From contig NZ_AZUN01000001.1 in the NCBI RefSeq assembly GCF_000527095.1, positions 632,936-664,935 of the forward strand: DNA of 32,000 bases, written 5' to 3'. Positions 19,877 to 29,454 of this stretch are shown here, piece after piece. Every line of letters starts with the position of its first letter. Within the stretch, counting starts at the first letter, position 1. Position numbers and translations under genes: made by a program. The DNA comes from Methylomicrobium lacus LW14 (lineage in GTDB: Bacteria; Pseudomonadota; Gammaproteobacteria; Methylococcales; Methylomonadaceae). A model generated the notes under the pieces. That model saw only the letters and a list, made by a program, of their open reading frames with translations. It was not told the DNA's origin and ran no database searches.

Positions 19877-20563
19877 TTATTTCGCGGAAACGGTAAACTG
19901 CATTTCATTCATGATGCCGCCTTGATCATCGACCGCGCGCACGGACCAGTGTCCTTGATCTTCCGGACCCAGTTGGCGTTGGCTGGAAGTGCGCCATCTT
20001 GCCGCGGAGATTGTCATGGGGTGCCGTAGAATCAGTTGGCCGTCCTTGCGCCATTCATGAAACAGGGTCTGATCCGTCTTGCCCCTGACTTCGGTAAAAT
20101 AATGCACCAGAACCGGCTGAGTGCGGCTGACGCTGACGGTCGATCCGATCAAATCGGCGGGTTCCTTGTCGACGATGCGGTAGGCGAGTGCAGTCCGGCG
20201 CACTCTGCCGCCCTGACTCGCTTTGACTTGTTCCGGTGGCGATGGCTTGGCCTCGATTGTGGTGCCGGCGGCATCGGGAGTCGAAGCGGCAACGGGCGTC
20301 TCCTGCGGTTTGGCCGCGGAAGCGGGAGGGGGCGGCACGGGCGCTTCAATCGGGCTTGAAGGAGCCGCATTCCGTACGTTGTCCATATCACGCGATTTGC
20401 CGCGCAAAACAAAGTACAGCGCCCCCAGCAACAGTATCAGTATGGTTAGCGCGCCGGCTATTCTTTTAACATTCCATTCTGTTATTATTCTCGGCTGAGA
20501 TTCCGCTCCGGCATTAGGGGGCGTGTATTTGACTTTGATTACGATGTTTTTCGAGTCTGTCAT
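19877..20563 (-). CDS. DUF2914 domain membrane-anchored protein
   Basis: 228 aa. It has one TM helix (IAGALTILILLLGALYFVL), a Pro/Ala-rich linker and a C-terminal region (VHYFTEVRG...LFHEWRKDG...) that resembles DUF2914. Confidence 0.65.
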   Translation of the reverse strand: MTDSKNIVIKVKYTPPNAGAESQPRIITEWNVKRIAGALTILILLLGALYFVLRGKSRDMDNVRNAAPSSPIEAPVPPPPASAAKPQETPVAASTPDAAGTTIEAKPSPPEQVKASQGGRVRRTALAYRIVDKEPADLIGSTVSVSRTQPVLVHYFTEVRGKTDQTLFHEWRKDGQLILRHPMTISAARWRTSSQRQLGPEDQGHWSVRAVDDQGGIMNEMQFTVSAK

Positions 20564-20726
20564 ACGGTTTATCGATCGGGCTTTGAGCTAAACTGTTTTC
20601 GGGGTCCTGCGCTTGCTTTTTTAGTTAGCAAACACCGCGCATGCTGGTAATATACCACTACGCTATCTCGCGCGAATAGTTATCTGGACCGACAGACATT
20701 TACGCTCTTCCCATCAGGACACCGTC

Positions 20727-23552
20727 ATGGCCTCGCTGCTTGAACAATTCCGGGAAACTTCCTCGCTGTACGGAAGCAACGCCTGGTTCATCGAAGATTT
20801 ATACGAACGTTATTTGAAAGACCCGGAATCGGTCGATCCCGATTGGCGGCAGCGTTTTCGCGCGCTGCAGAACGGCGCCGGTTATGAAACGCCGCACAGC
20901 CCGATCGTCGAGCGTTTTGCCGAACTGGCGTTGAAATCGCAAGGCCGGCTCGCGCAATTGCAGGGCTTCACCGAAGAGAGCGTCAAGAAACAAGCGGCCG
21001 TGGCGCGGCTGATCAATCATTACCGGGTGCGCGGCCATCAAATCGCGAATAATAATCCGCTCGGGACGACCCTGCCATCGCCGCCCGACCTGGACCCGGC
21101 CTTTTACGGCCTTTCCGAGCCGGATATGGACACCTGGTTCGATACCGGCATTTTGCACGGCGTCGATCGCCTGCCGCTGCGCGAGATCATCGCGAACCTG
21201 AAAGAGATTTATTGCGGCAGTATCGGTTCCGAATACATGCACATCGCCGATACGCCGACGCGGCGCTGGCTGATCAGTCGGATGGAAAATGCGAAGGGCA
21301 ACCTGACCCTGGACCCTGAAAAACAGCGCTGGGTTTTGAAGCTGCTGACCGCGGCCGAAGGCATCGAAGTCTATCTGCATAACAAATTCGTCGGCCAGAA
21401 GCGCTTTTCGCTCGAAGGCGGCGAGTCGCTGATCCCGGTTCTCGACGAGCTGATCATGGGATGCAGCACCAAGGGCGTCAGCGAAATCGTGATCGGCATG
21501 GCGCATCGCGGCCGTTTGAACGTGCTGGTCAACATTCTCGGCAAGAGCCCGGCGCAGTTGTTCGACGAGTTCGCCGGCAACTGGGCATCCACGCCTGGCG
21601 TTAGTTCGGGCGACGTCAAATATCACATGGGCTTTTCGTCCGACATCGACACGCCGACGGGCCCTGTGCATTTGACGCTGGCCTTCAATCCCTCGCATCT
21701 GGAGATCATCAATCCGGTTGTCGAGGGTTCGGTTAGGGCGAGGCAGGACCGCGCCGGCATCGACGGCAAGGAGTCGGTCATTCCGGTGTTGATTCATGGC
21801 GATGCGTCGTTTTCGGGGCAGGGCATCGTGATGGAAACGCTGAACATGTCGCAGACGCGCGCGTTTGAAACCGGCGGCACGATCCATATCGTGATCAATA
21901 ATCAGATCGGCTTCACGACCAGCAATCCGAAAGACGCGCGTTCGACGCTGTATTGCACCGACATTGCCAGCTTGATTCAGGCGCCGGTATTTCATGTGAA
22001 CGGCGACGATCCGGAAGCGGTGGTCTTCGTCAGCAAGCTGGCGCTCGATTACCGGATGACCTTTAAGAAGGATGTGGTGATCGATCTGATCTGCTACCGG
22101 CGTCTGGGCCATAACGAGGCGGACGAGCCGGCGGCGACGCAACCGGTGATGTACAAAAAAATCCGCAGCCTCAAAAGTACGAGAACCTTGTATGCGGAGA
22201 AATTGATTGCCGAAGGCGTATTGACCGCCGAAAAAGCCGCCGCGATGGTACTGGATTATCAGCGCATGCTCGACGAAGGGCTGGTGGTGTCGCGGCCGCT
22301 GTCGCAAAATCCGAAATATTCCTATACCCATCAGTGGAATAATTTTCATGGCCGGGATTGGGAGGTGCCGGGCGATACGGCCGTGTCGCTCGATCGTTTG
22401 CGCTATTGCAATGACCGGATGCTGCGTCTGCCGGCCGGTTTCGAACTGCATCCGCGCGTCGCCAAGGTGATGGATAACCGCCGCAAGATGGCCGCCGGCG
22501 CGTTGCCGCTGGACTGGGGCTTTGCGGAAAATATGGCTTATGCGACGCTGTTGATGGAAAAATATCATGTGCGTCTGACCGGACAGGACGTCGGCCGCGG
22601 CACCTTCGTTCACCGGCATGCGGTGCTGCACAACCAGCAGAAGAAAGAAGAATATATTCCGCTGCGCCATCTCGACAAGGATCAGGGGCGCGCCGATATT
22701 TACGACTCGTTGTTGTCGGAAGCCGGCGTGTTGGGCTTTGAATACGGCTACAGCACCACGATGCCGAATACGCTGACGATATGGGAGGCGCAATTCGGCG
22801 ATTTCGCGAACGGCGCCCAGGTGCTGATCGACCAGTTCATCAGTTCCGGCGAAACCAAGTGGGGGCGTTTGTGCGGCCTGGTGCTGCTGCTGCCGCACGG
22901 CTTCGAAGGCCAGGGTCCCGAACATTCGTCGGCGCGGCTGGAGCGTTATTTGCAACTGTGCGCCGAGCACAACATGCAGGTCTGCACGCCGACCACGCCC
23001 GCGCAAATCTTTCATCTGCTGCGCCGCCAGTTGGTCCGGCCTTACCGGAAGCCGTTGATCGTGATGAGCCCGAAAAGCCTGCTTCGGCACAAGCTCGCGG
23101 TATCGACGCTGGAAGATTTGACCGGCGGCTATTTCCAGACCATCATCGGCGAAGTGGACGGCATTGATCCGAATCAGGTGACCCGTTTCGTACTCTGTGC
23201 GGGCAAGGTTTATTACGATCTGCTCGAAGCGCGCCGCGAAGCCGATCTGAAACATGTCGTGATCGCGCGTATCGAACAGCTTTACCCGTTTCCGAATGAC
23301 CAGTTCAAGGCGGAGCTGGCCAAGTATCCGAACCTGGAAGAGTTTGTCTGGTGCCAGGAGGAGCCGAAGAATCAGGGCGTCTGGTATCAATCGAACCATC
23401 ACTTCCATGACAATCTGGCGCCGCATATCCGCGTCAGTTACAGCGGGCGCGAAGCGTCCGCGGCGCCGGCGGTCGGCAATTTTTACGTTCATATTAAGCA
23501 ACAAAAAGCCGTCGTCGATTCGGCTTTGTACGGTAACCCAGCAGGAAATTAA
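20727..23552 (+). CDS. sucA: 2-oxoglutarate dehydrogenase E1 component
   Basis: 941 aa. The ThDP region [18 protein letters not shown] and the motif [24 protein letters not shown] are both intact. Confidence 0.95.
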   Translation: MASLLEQFRETSSLYGSNAWFIEDLYERYLKDPESVDPDWRQRFRALQNGAGYETPHSPIVERFAELALKSQGRLAQLQGFTEESVKKQAAVARLINHYRVRGHQIANNNPLGTTLPSPPDLDPAFYGLSEPDMDTWFDTGILHGVDRLPLREIIANLKEIYCGSIGSEYMHIADTPTRRWLISRMENAKGNLTLDPEKQRWVLKLLTAAEGIEVYLHNKFVGQKRFSLEGGESLIPVLDELIMGCSTKGVSEIVIGMAHRGRLNVLVNILGKSPAQLFDEFAGNWASTPGVSSGDVKYHMGFSSDIDTPTGPVHLTLAFNPSHLEIINPVVEGSVRARQDRAGIDGKESVIPVLIHGDASFSGQGIVMETLNMSQTRAFETGGTIHIVINNQIGFTTSNPKDARSTLYCTDIASLIQAPVFHVNGDDPEAVVFVSKLALDYRMTFKKDVVIDLICYRRLGHNEADEPAATQPVMYKKIRSLKSTRTLYAEKLIAEGVLTAEKAAAMVLDYQRMLDEGLVVSRPLSQNPKYSYTHQWNNFHGRDWEVPGDTAVSLDRLRYCNDRMLRLPAGFELHPRVAKVMDNRRKMAAGALPLDWGFAENMAYATLLMEKYHVRLTGQDVGRGTFVHRHAVLHNQQKKEEYIPLRHLDKDQGRADIYDSLLSEAGVLGFEYGYSTTMPNTLTIWEAQFGDFANGAQVLIDQFISSGETKWGRLCGLVLLLPHGFEGQGPEHSSARLERYLQLCAEHNMQVCTPTTPAQIFHLLRRQLVRPYRKPLIVMSPKSLLRHKLAVSTLEDLTGGYFQTIIGEVDGIDPNQVTRFVLCAGKVYYDLLEARREADLKHVVIARIEQLYPFPNDQFKAELAKYPNLEEFVWCQEEPKNQGVWYQSNHHFHDNLAPHIRVSYSGREASAAPAVGNFYVHIKQQKAVVDSALYGNPAGN

Positions 23553-23553
23553 C

Positions 23554-24783
23554 ATGAGCATTGAAGTCTTAGTCCCCAACTTACCGGAATCGGTCGCCGA
23601 CGCCACCTTGATCAATTGGCACAAGAAGCCTGGCGACACGGTCGTCAGGAATGAAAATCTGGTTGATCTGGAAACCGATAAGGTTGTGCTCGAAGTCCCC
23701 GCTCCCGAATCCGGCGTGCTGGCCAGTATCCTGAAGGAAGACGGCTCGGTGGTAATCGCCGGCGACTTGCTGGCGGTGATCGAAGCGGCCGGCAGCGCCG
23801 CCGCTGCCGCACCCGCCCAAACGTCCTCAAAGCCTGCGGAAACGCAGCATGAGGCGGAGATGCCGTTGAGTCCGTCGGTCAGGCGCCTCTTGCATGAAAC
23901 GACGCTGAATCCGCAGGAGATTGCCGGCACCGGCAAGAGCGGCCGCATCACCAAATCGGACGTGCTCGACCATCTGAAAAAGCAAACCGTTCAGGAACCC
24001 GAACCGGCCGAACCGAAAGCGCCCGTTGCGCCGGAGCCGCCGCAACCGAAAGCGGCCGAGCGCAGCGTTGGCGTTTCGAATCTGCGCCCCGAACAACGGG
24101 TGCCGATGACCCGGCTGCGCGCGAAAGTCGCCGAGCGTCTGTTGCAGGCGCAGCAAAACGCGGCGATGTTAACCACGTTCAACGAGGTCAACATGCAGAG
24201 CGTGATCGATCTGCGCAACCAGTACAAGACCCGGTTCGAACAAAAACACAATGCCAAACTCGGCTTCATGTCGTTCTTCGTGAAGGCGTCGATCGAGGCA
24301 CTGAAGAAATTTCCGGCGATCAATGCCTCGATCGACGGCAACGACATCATCTATCACGGTTACTACGACATCGGCATCGCGGTCTCGACGCCGCGCGGCT
24401 TGATCGTGCCGGTGCTGCGCGACGCCGATCAACTCGATTTTGCCGGCATCGAAAAAACCATCGCCGATTTCGGCGAGAAGGCGCGCTCGGGCACCTTGAC
24501 CTATGAAGATTTGCAAGGCGGCACCTTTACGATCACCAACGGCGGCATATTCGGCTCGATGCTGTCGACGCCGATTCTGAATCCGCCGCAATGCGCGATT
24601 CTCGGCATGCACGCGATCAAGGAGCGCCCGGTCGTCGAGAATGGCCAAATCGTGATTAGACCGATCATGTATCTGGCGCTGTCTTACGATCACCGTCTGG
24701 TGGACGGCAGGGAAGCGGTGCAGTTTTTAGTCACGATCAAGGAGTGTCTGGAGTCGCCGGCCCACTTACTGTTGAACATTTAA
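23554..24783 (+). CDS. sucB: Dihydrolipoyllysine-residue succinyltransferase E2
   Basis: The ATG at 23554 gives [14 protein letters not shown]. The lipoyl site is [11 protein letters not shown], followed by an Ala/Pro linker and the catalytic motif SYDHRLVDG. The track ORF 23296..24783 includes a spurious upstream extension. Confidence 0.93.
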   Translation: MSIEVLVPNLPESVADATLINWHKKPGDTVVRNENLVDLETDKVVLEVPAPESGVLASILKEDGSVVIAGDLLAVIEAAGSAAAAAPAQTSSKPAETQHEAEMPLSPSVRRLLHETTLNPQEIAGTGKSGRITKSDVLDHLKKQTVQEPEPAEPKAPVAPEPPQPKAAERSVGVSNLRPEQRVPMTRLRAKVAERLLQAQQNAAMLTTFNEVNMQSVIDLRNQYKTRFEQKHNAKLGFMSFFVKASIEALKKFPAINASIDGNDIIYHGYYDIGIAVSTPRGLIVPVLRDADQLDFAGIEKTIADFGEKARSGTLTYEDLQGGTFTITNGGIFGSMLSTPILNPPQCAILGMHAIKERPVVENGQIVIRPIMYLALSYDHRLVDGREAVQFLVTIKECLESPAHLLLNI

Positions 24784-24784
24784 T

Positions 24785-26230
24785 ATGCCGAAACCACTAG
24801 CGAAATACGATGTGATCATCATCGGCGCGGGCCCGGCCGGTTACGTCAGCGCGGTGCGCTGCGGCCAGCTGGGATTGAAAACGGCCTGCATCGATAGTTT
24901 GAGCGACAAATTTGGCCGGCCGAGTCTGGGCGGGGCTTATCTGAATGCCGGCTGCGTCGCGTCGATGGCGCTGCTCGAGTCGGCAAAGTTGTATCATGCG
25001 CTGACCGCCGATTTGGCGCAGCACGGCATCCGCGCCGAGAATATCGCGCTCGATGTCGGGCAGATGGTCCGCCGCAAGGATCAGATCGTTGCGGAAATTA
25101 ACAGCCATATCGCCGGCCTGTTCAGTCATCACAATATCGACCATATTCACGCCAGGGCCAGATTGCTGCAGTCAGGCCACGTCGAAGTCGTCCCGGCTGA
25201 CGGCAGCGCGCCTGCCTGTCTGACTGCCGAGCACATCATTCTGGCGACCGGTTCCGCGCCCTTGGAATTGCCTTTCGCGCCGATCGACCACGAGTACATT
25301 ATCGATACCAGCGACGCGTTGAACCTCGATTCGGTGCCGAAACGCCTGGCGATCATCGGCGCCGGCATCAAGGGGCTCGAAATCGCCAGCATCTGGAACC
25401 GGCTGGGTTCCGAGGTGATATTGCTCGAAGCGCAGGAAAGCTTCTTGAACCTGCCGGATCAGCAAATCTCGCGCGAAGCCTACGCCATTTTCACCGGGCA
25501 GGGCATGGAAATGCGTCTCGGCGCGCGCGTGATTTCGGCCAAGAAGGGCAATCAGGAAGTCATGATCGAATATCAGGATCATGAAGGCTCCCATACGCTT
25601 TGCGTTGACCGTCTGATCGTCGCGATCGGCCGCAAGCCCAGTTCAGAAGGACTGACGGCGCCCGAAGCCGACCTCTTGCTCGACGATTCGGGTTATGTGC
25701 ATGTCGACGAAAATTGCCGCACCAATCTGCCCGGCGTTTATGCGATCGGCGATCTGACGCTGCTTGGCCCGATGCTTGCGCATAAGGGCATCGAGGAGGG
25801 CGTTTTCGTGGCCGAGGAAATTGCAGGCCTGCAGCCGATGATCAATTACGATCTCTTGCCGAGCGTGATTTACACCGAACCCGAGATTGCCTGGGTCGGG
25901 CAGACCGAGCAGACGCTGCGGGGGCTCGGCGAACCGTTGAAGATCGGCGTTTTCCCGTTCAGCGCCTCGTCCAGGGCGCTGGCCATCGGGCGCAGCGAAG
26001 GCCTGGTCAAGATCATCGCGCATGCCGAAACCGACAGGATTCTCGGCGTGCACATGATCGGCGCGGGGGCTTCCGAACTGATCGCCGAAGCGGTGCTGGC
26101 GATGGAGTTCTCGGCCAGCAGCGAAGACCTGGCAAGGACGATCCATGCGCACCCGACGCTGTCCGAAGCGCTCTACGAAGGCGCGCTGGCGTTAAGAAAA
26201 ATGGCGCTGCATTTGCCGATGGGCAAGTGA
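24785..26230 (+). CDS. lpdA: Dihydrolipoyl dehydrogenase (E3) homolog with a degenerate redox-active disulfide motif
   Basis: 481 aa. The FAD motif IIIGAGPAGY, the NAD motif IIGAGIKGLE and the C-terminal HAHPTLSE are present. The canonical GGTCLNVGCIPSK motif reads GGAYLNAGCVASM here. Confidence 0.88.
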   Translation: MPKPLAKYDVIIIGAGPAGYVSAVRCGQLGLKTACIDSLSDKFGRPSLGGAYLNAGCVASMALLESAKLYHALTADLAQHGIRAENIALDVGQMVRRKDQIVAEINSHIAGLFSHHNIDHIHARARLLQSGHVEVVPADGSAPACLTAEHIILATGSAPLELPFAPIDHEYIIDTSDALNLDSVPKRLAIIGAGIKGLEIASIWNRLGSEVILLEAQESFLNLPDQQISREAYAIFTGQGMEMRLGARVISAKKGNQEVMIEYQDHEGSHTLCVDRLIVAIGRKPSSEGLTAPEADLLLDDSGYVHVDENCRTNLPGVYAIGDLTLLGPMLAHKGIEEGVFVAEEIAGLQPMINYDLLPSVIYTEPEIAWVGQTEQTLRGLGEPLKIGVFPFSASSRALAIGRSEGLVKIIAHAETDRILGVHMIGAGASELIAEAVLAMEFSASSEDLARTIHAHPTLSEALYEGALALRKMALHLPMGK

Positions 26231-26703
26231 CGGCGGGTTTTTGTCTCACGGCCGATGGTATGGTCATCCGTTCTCGAGACGCTGTTTAAACGGCTATTCT
26301 GGACCAGCGCCTTGGCGTTGCTGTACGCATATAAGGACAGGAGCCAGATCCTTCCTATTACGCTCGCAAAATGGCTGGCGCTCGGCTCGGGCATCGGCTT
26401 TCTGATTATGCTGCCGATCGCGCCTTTTAGAACGAAGCGTTGAAATACAAAGGATGCTGTTAACTATAAGCGCTTAGCAACAAGTCAGCAGGTACATGAA
26501 ATCTGACTGTTGCCGGATTTACTGGATCTCCAAGAAACTAATGCATGCGAACTTTTTGCAAGGCACTTAACTTCCCGTCCGGAACGATTTTTGTGTTTTT
26601 GATGAAATCTGCTGCACATTTGCGGCGCAATATACTGGTATCGTCGCTTATTATCCATTAATGCTCATAAAATAATAACTACCATAAGGAAGTTGTTTTG
26701 ACG

Positions 26704-26752
26704 AAATCCTTAATTCAGGCTAAATGATTCTGCCCTGCGCTATTGCTATAAT
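26704..26752 (+). promoter_or_regulatory. Conserved island motif copy 1: 24-bp box AAATCCTTAATTCAGGCTAAATGA plus extended -10 TGCTATAAT
   Basis: The 24-mer is identical at 29455-29478. In both copies the TGCTATAAT box starts 40 nt after the start of the 24-mer (its TATAAT hexamer at +43). The box contains the near-palindrome CCTTAATTCAGG. Confidence 0.55.
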
Positions 26753-27162
26753 GCTGCGGTTTAATTTTGTCCTTGACGTTAGCTGTGCCCTAGGTGATTT
26801 TCCAATATATATTAGGGTAAGAGTTTAGCAATAAATCAACAGGTATATGTGGCTTTGTCACCTTTTGTTGTTTGATTGACCAGAAAACAATACCTACCAA
26901 TTTTTTGTTAAGTACCTATGCATAAATATCCAGTCAGAGTTTATATGCATATCATTGTTTTTATTATAAAATATTGCAAGGCATTCTGAAAAATACCGGG
27001 TTTATTTTGCACATGTACTTATGCGCTTATAAAGGTGTTGTATTTACCTAGTTATAATATTCTCGCGTACATGAATGAATTCAGAGCAATTTTGTATTTT
27101 TATGGTTCATTGGGCAGCTGGATGACGCAATGTTTTTCGTCATTAGAACTAAAGGAGATTAG

Positions 27163-27561
27163 ATGTCAGACCAAGTTGAGAAGGCCTACGATGATGTAAG
27201 AAACCTTGCTAAGGACTATTTTGGCATAGGTGATTCGGAGTCTGAGACGCTCATGAAGCTCGCAAAGCGATGTGCGCAAACAGCAGGCGTGCCTATGGCA
27301 GGAGTTGGTGCAGTAGCTCTAGCCGGTGTCTCATCTGTCACGATTCCATTAGTAGGTGCTGTGCCCGGCTATCTTGCAGGCGCTCTAGCTGGCTTTGTCG
27401 GAGGCACCACTGCATGCATGATCGCTCGAAGATCAAGTGCAGAGCAAGTAAAGCAAATCCTAGGGCAAAGCGGTATGACAGAACAGAGCTTTAAGGATGA
27501 AGTTCGTAAACTTATCTCCGTTGCAGAAAAGAAGGCCGGCTATTGCTCGAATGCGAGTTAA
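27163..27561 (+). CDS. Hypothetical small glycine-zipper membrane protein (cassette 1, gene A)
   Basis: 132 aa, with AAGGAG 7 nt upstream of the ATG. The central ~47 aa form a Gly/Ala-rich hairpin (GVPMAGVGAVALAGVSSVTIPLVGAVPGYLAGALAGFVGG) flanked by charged helical ends. Confidence 0.7.
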   Translation: MSDQVEKAYDDVRNLAKDYFGIGDSESETLMKLAKRCAQTAGVPMAGVGAVALAGVSSVTIPLVGAVPGYLAGALAGFVGGTTACMIARRSSAEQVKQILGQSGMTEQSFKDEVRKLISVAEKKAGYCSNAS

Positions 27562-27607
27562 CCAAAAATTAGGCTGAAAATACACCACAAGAGGTAAACA
27601 TATATCT

Positions 27608-28102
27608 ATGAAGCTACCAAAGCCTACATTTTGGCAAGATGAAGGATTTTCTGAGCAACCTGAAGAGCTTACGGCCAATGGCGGAGAAGTGGTCTTCCGC
27701 GCCTATGGTGGTACATCCCGAGTACTAGGTAACTGTTTTTTCACCCCTGCAATAGCATCTGCGCCTATCGGTTATTGGACGGCGGAACTCTTGGAAATGG
27801 AACTTAACGCCTCATTATGGGGCAACAATTTCGAAGGTATCACTAAGTTCCAAATGATTAAGGGTGCCAAATATAGAATTGGACCAATTGCACACGACAA
27901 CTATGTAGGGCTCGACAATGAGCGTAGGTTTTATCAACGTGCCTTCTTTACTCCATCAGGAATCTTCAAACAAGTGACGTTTATTGTTGGAGAAAATCGG
28001 GATTTATCTGCTTGTGTAAAGCAACTGGGATCTCCGTTTTCAATTTCTGCTGGACGGTATGCGAGGGAGGCGTCAACACGTGCCAAGAAATATCGCCAGT
28101 AG
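27608..28102 (+). CDS. Hypothetical soluble protein (cassette 1, gene B)
   Basis: 164 aa, 46 nt after gene A, with AGAGG upstream. No TM segment and no family that I can assign with confidence. Confidence 0.65.
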   Translation: MKLPKPTFWQDEGFSEQPEELTANGGEVVFRAYGGTSRVLGNCFFTPAIASAPIGYWTAELLEMELNASLWGNNFEGITKFQMIKGAKYRIGPIAHDNYVGLDNERRFYQRAFFTPSGIFKQVTFIVGENRDLSACVKQLGSPFSISAGRYAREASTRAKKYRQ

Positions 28103-28147
28103 CCTACAATCTAGGTGTTCCAGTCAATTAATCAATCAATGCTGTCG

Positions 28148-29298
28148 CTGAGAACTAAAACAATTGACCGGTTCGGAGAAGTGCCGATGCCGCAAAGCCC
28201 GTTCGCAACGCAATCACCTCGCGTGCTGTTAAGCGTCCCTCAAAAAGTCAGCTTGTATAAGTTGCCGAACCCTTCTCCGATTTCGTCGATGGCCCGTTCC
28301 AGCTCATCCGGCGTATACAGTTTGAATTTGAGCTATTCATATTTCATCTTGTGCCAAAGCAATTCAATCCGGTTCAATTCGGGGCTGTAAGGCGGCAGGA
28401 AATAAAATCGCATGCCTTTTTCTTCCAATAAGTCCCAGTAAGGTTTCAGTTTTTTGGCGGTGTGGATGGACGCATTGTCCAGGATCACCACCAAAGGCTT
28501 GCTGACCTTATCCAGCATGGCCATCAAGAAGGCAAAGAACCACAACCCATTGATGCTCTGCCACAGTTTTGCCATCACCAGTTTTCCCGATGACAGCATG
28601 GCCCCAATCACATTCAGTCGTCGCCCCCGTTTCGCCGTGACGGTATGGGTTTCGCCCTTTTTCGTCCAGGCGGATCGGTTGGGCGGTTGCGGCGCAAACC
28701 CGGCTTCATCGACATAAGCCAGCTCGATCGTGCCGACCTTTGCCTGGACGATGAGCTCGGCTATGTCGCGCTGGGCTTGTGCGAAGCGCTCGGGGTCGCG
28801 CTTTTTTTTAAACTGTAGCGCGTCCGTTTCCAGACATACCCCATGCGTTTCAACTCGTTACGCAAGGTATTGGCGCTAAGGCGAATGCCGCATTCGGTTT
28901 CCAGGCGATCGACCAAGACCCGGCAGGTTAACGGTTCGGCCTCGACCCACGCCTTTAACCGGGCCCGGTGTTCATCACTCAACTTGCTCGGCGCTCCGCT
29001 TCGCGCTTGATCGGGGAGGCTGGCAAAACCGGCTTTGAACCATTTGCTCCGCCGTTCCCGGATCGTCTCCGGCAACACCCCTTGCTTTTCCGCCACTTCG
29101 AACGTCGTATGACCTTCGGCGAGCAGTAAAATCGCTTGGGCACGTTCTCGTTCGCGCCAGTCGCTGCCTTTTTTGACGATGATTTCGAGCAACTCCCGAT
29201 CGGTGTCGGTCAGTTCAACACGGACAACTCGCATTTCCTTCCTGGGCTGGCTTCATAAATCTTTACATTCTAAACACCAGACGATTTTTTGTTAAGAG
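28148..29298 (-). mobile_element. IS630-family insertion sequence (ends approximate)
   Basis: It contains an IS630/Tc1-mariner-type transposase. I found imperfect terminal inverted repeats by eye (CTGAGAACTAAAACAATTGACCGGT at the left against the reverse complement of ACCAGACGATTTTTTGTTAAGAG at the right). I could not confirm a TA target duplication. Confidence 0.5.
28240..29234 (-). CDS. IS630-family DDE transposase: two frames joined at an A_AAA_AAG slippery site, with a premature TAG 30 codons before the ancestral stop
   Basis: OrfA (28761-29234) holds the HTH region. The -1 frame continues from TTTAAAAAAAAG (about 28802-28813) as KKRDPERFAQAQRDIAELIVQAKVGTIELAYVDEAGF...ILDNASIH...YSPELNRIE (DDE triad). 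A TAG at 28333-28335 sits where I would expect a TGG (my guess YEW, from recalled IS630 sequences), and the frame then stays open to a TGA at 28240-28242. Confidence 0.75.
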
Positions 29299-29454
29299 CT
29301 TACCACGTGTGGATCACATTGAAAGTCAAAGCAAGCCCACTGAATAAGACCCTCTATCAGGTCAGAGCTGACTTGTTTTCCGACTATTTGCTGGCTGAGT
29401 TGCGTAATCCCAGAATTCAGGCGTATGCCGCTAGCTAGTGAAAGTCCTAAGACT

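Noticed and set aside
20799-23954. A 1051-aa stop-free ORF antisense to sucA/sucB.
   Set aside because: It lies exactly opposite a well-supported, motif-complete sucA. Its translation is low-complexity and Arg/Ala/Gly-rich, typical of the antisense frame of GC-rich genes. No independent start or RBS evidence supports it.
26255-26443. A 62-aa ORF just after lpd with two hydrophobic stretches (possible small membrane protein).
   Set aside because: I see no convincing RBS and no recognisable family, and it lies in the transition zone. I cannot support it as a gene, but it is not excluded.
26469-26846. Two similar 25-mers: TTAGCAACAAGTCAGCAGGTACATG near 26474 and TTAGCAATAAATCAACAGGTATATG near 26825 (21/25 identical). 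There is also a bulged hairpin, CAACAAGTCAG...CTGACTGTTG, at 26479-26515.
   Set aside because: By rough calculation 21/25 identity is not significant across all position pairs in the window. The hairpin has no U-tract, so I do not call it a terminator.
26900-26912. The 13-nt string ATTTTTTGTTAAG is shared with the right end of the IS630 element (29284-29296), raising the possibility of a relic IS end or MITE.
   Set aside because: A 13-mer match, especially a T-rich one, is expected by chance several times in 32 kb. The flanking similarity is only about 50%.
28115-28390. A 91-aa + strand ORF, and the 28454..28717 + strand ORF.
   Set aside because: Both lie inside the IS630 element, antisense to the transposase frames, so they are shadow ORFs.
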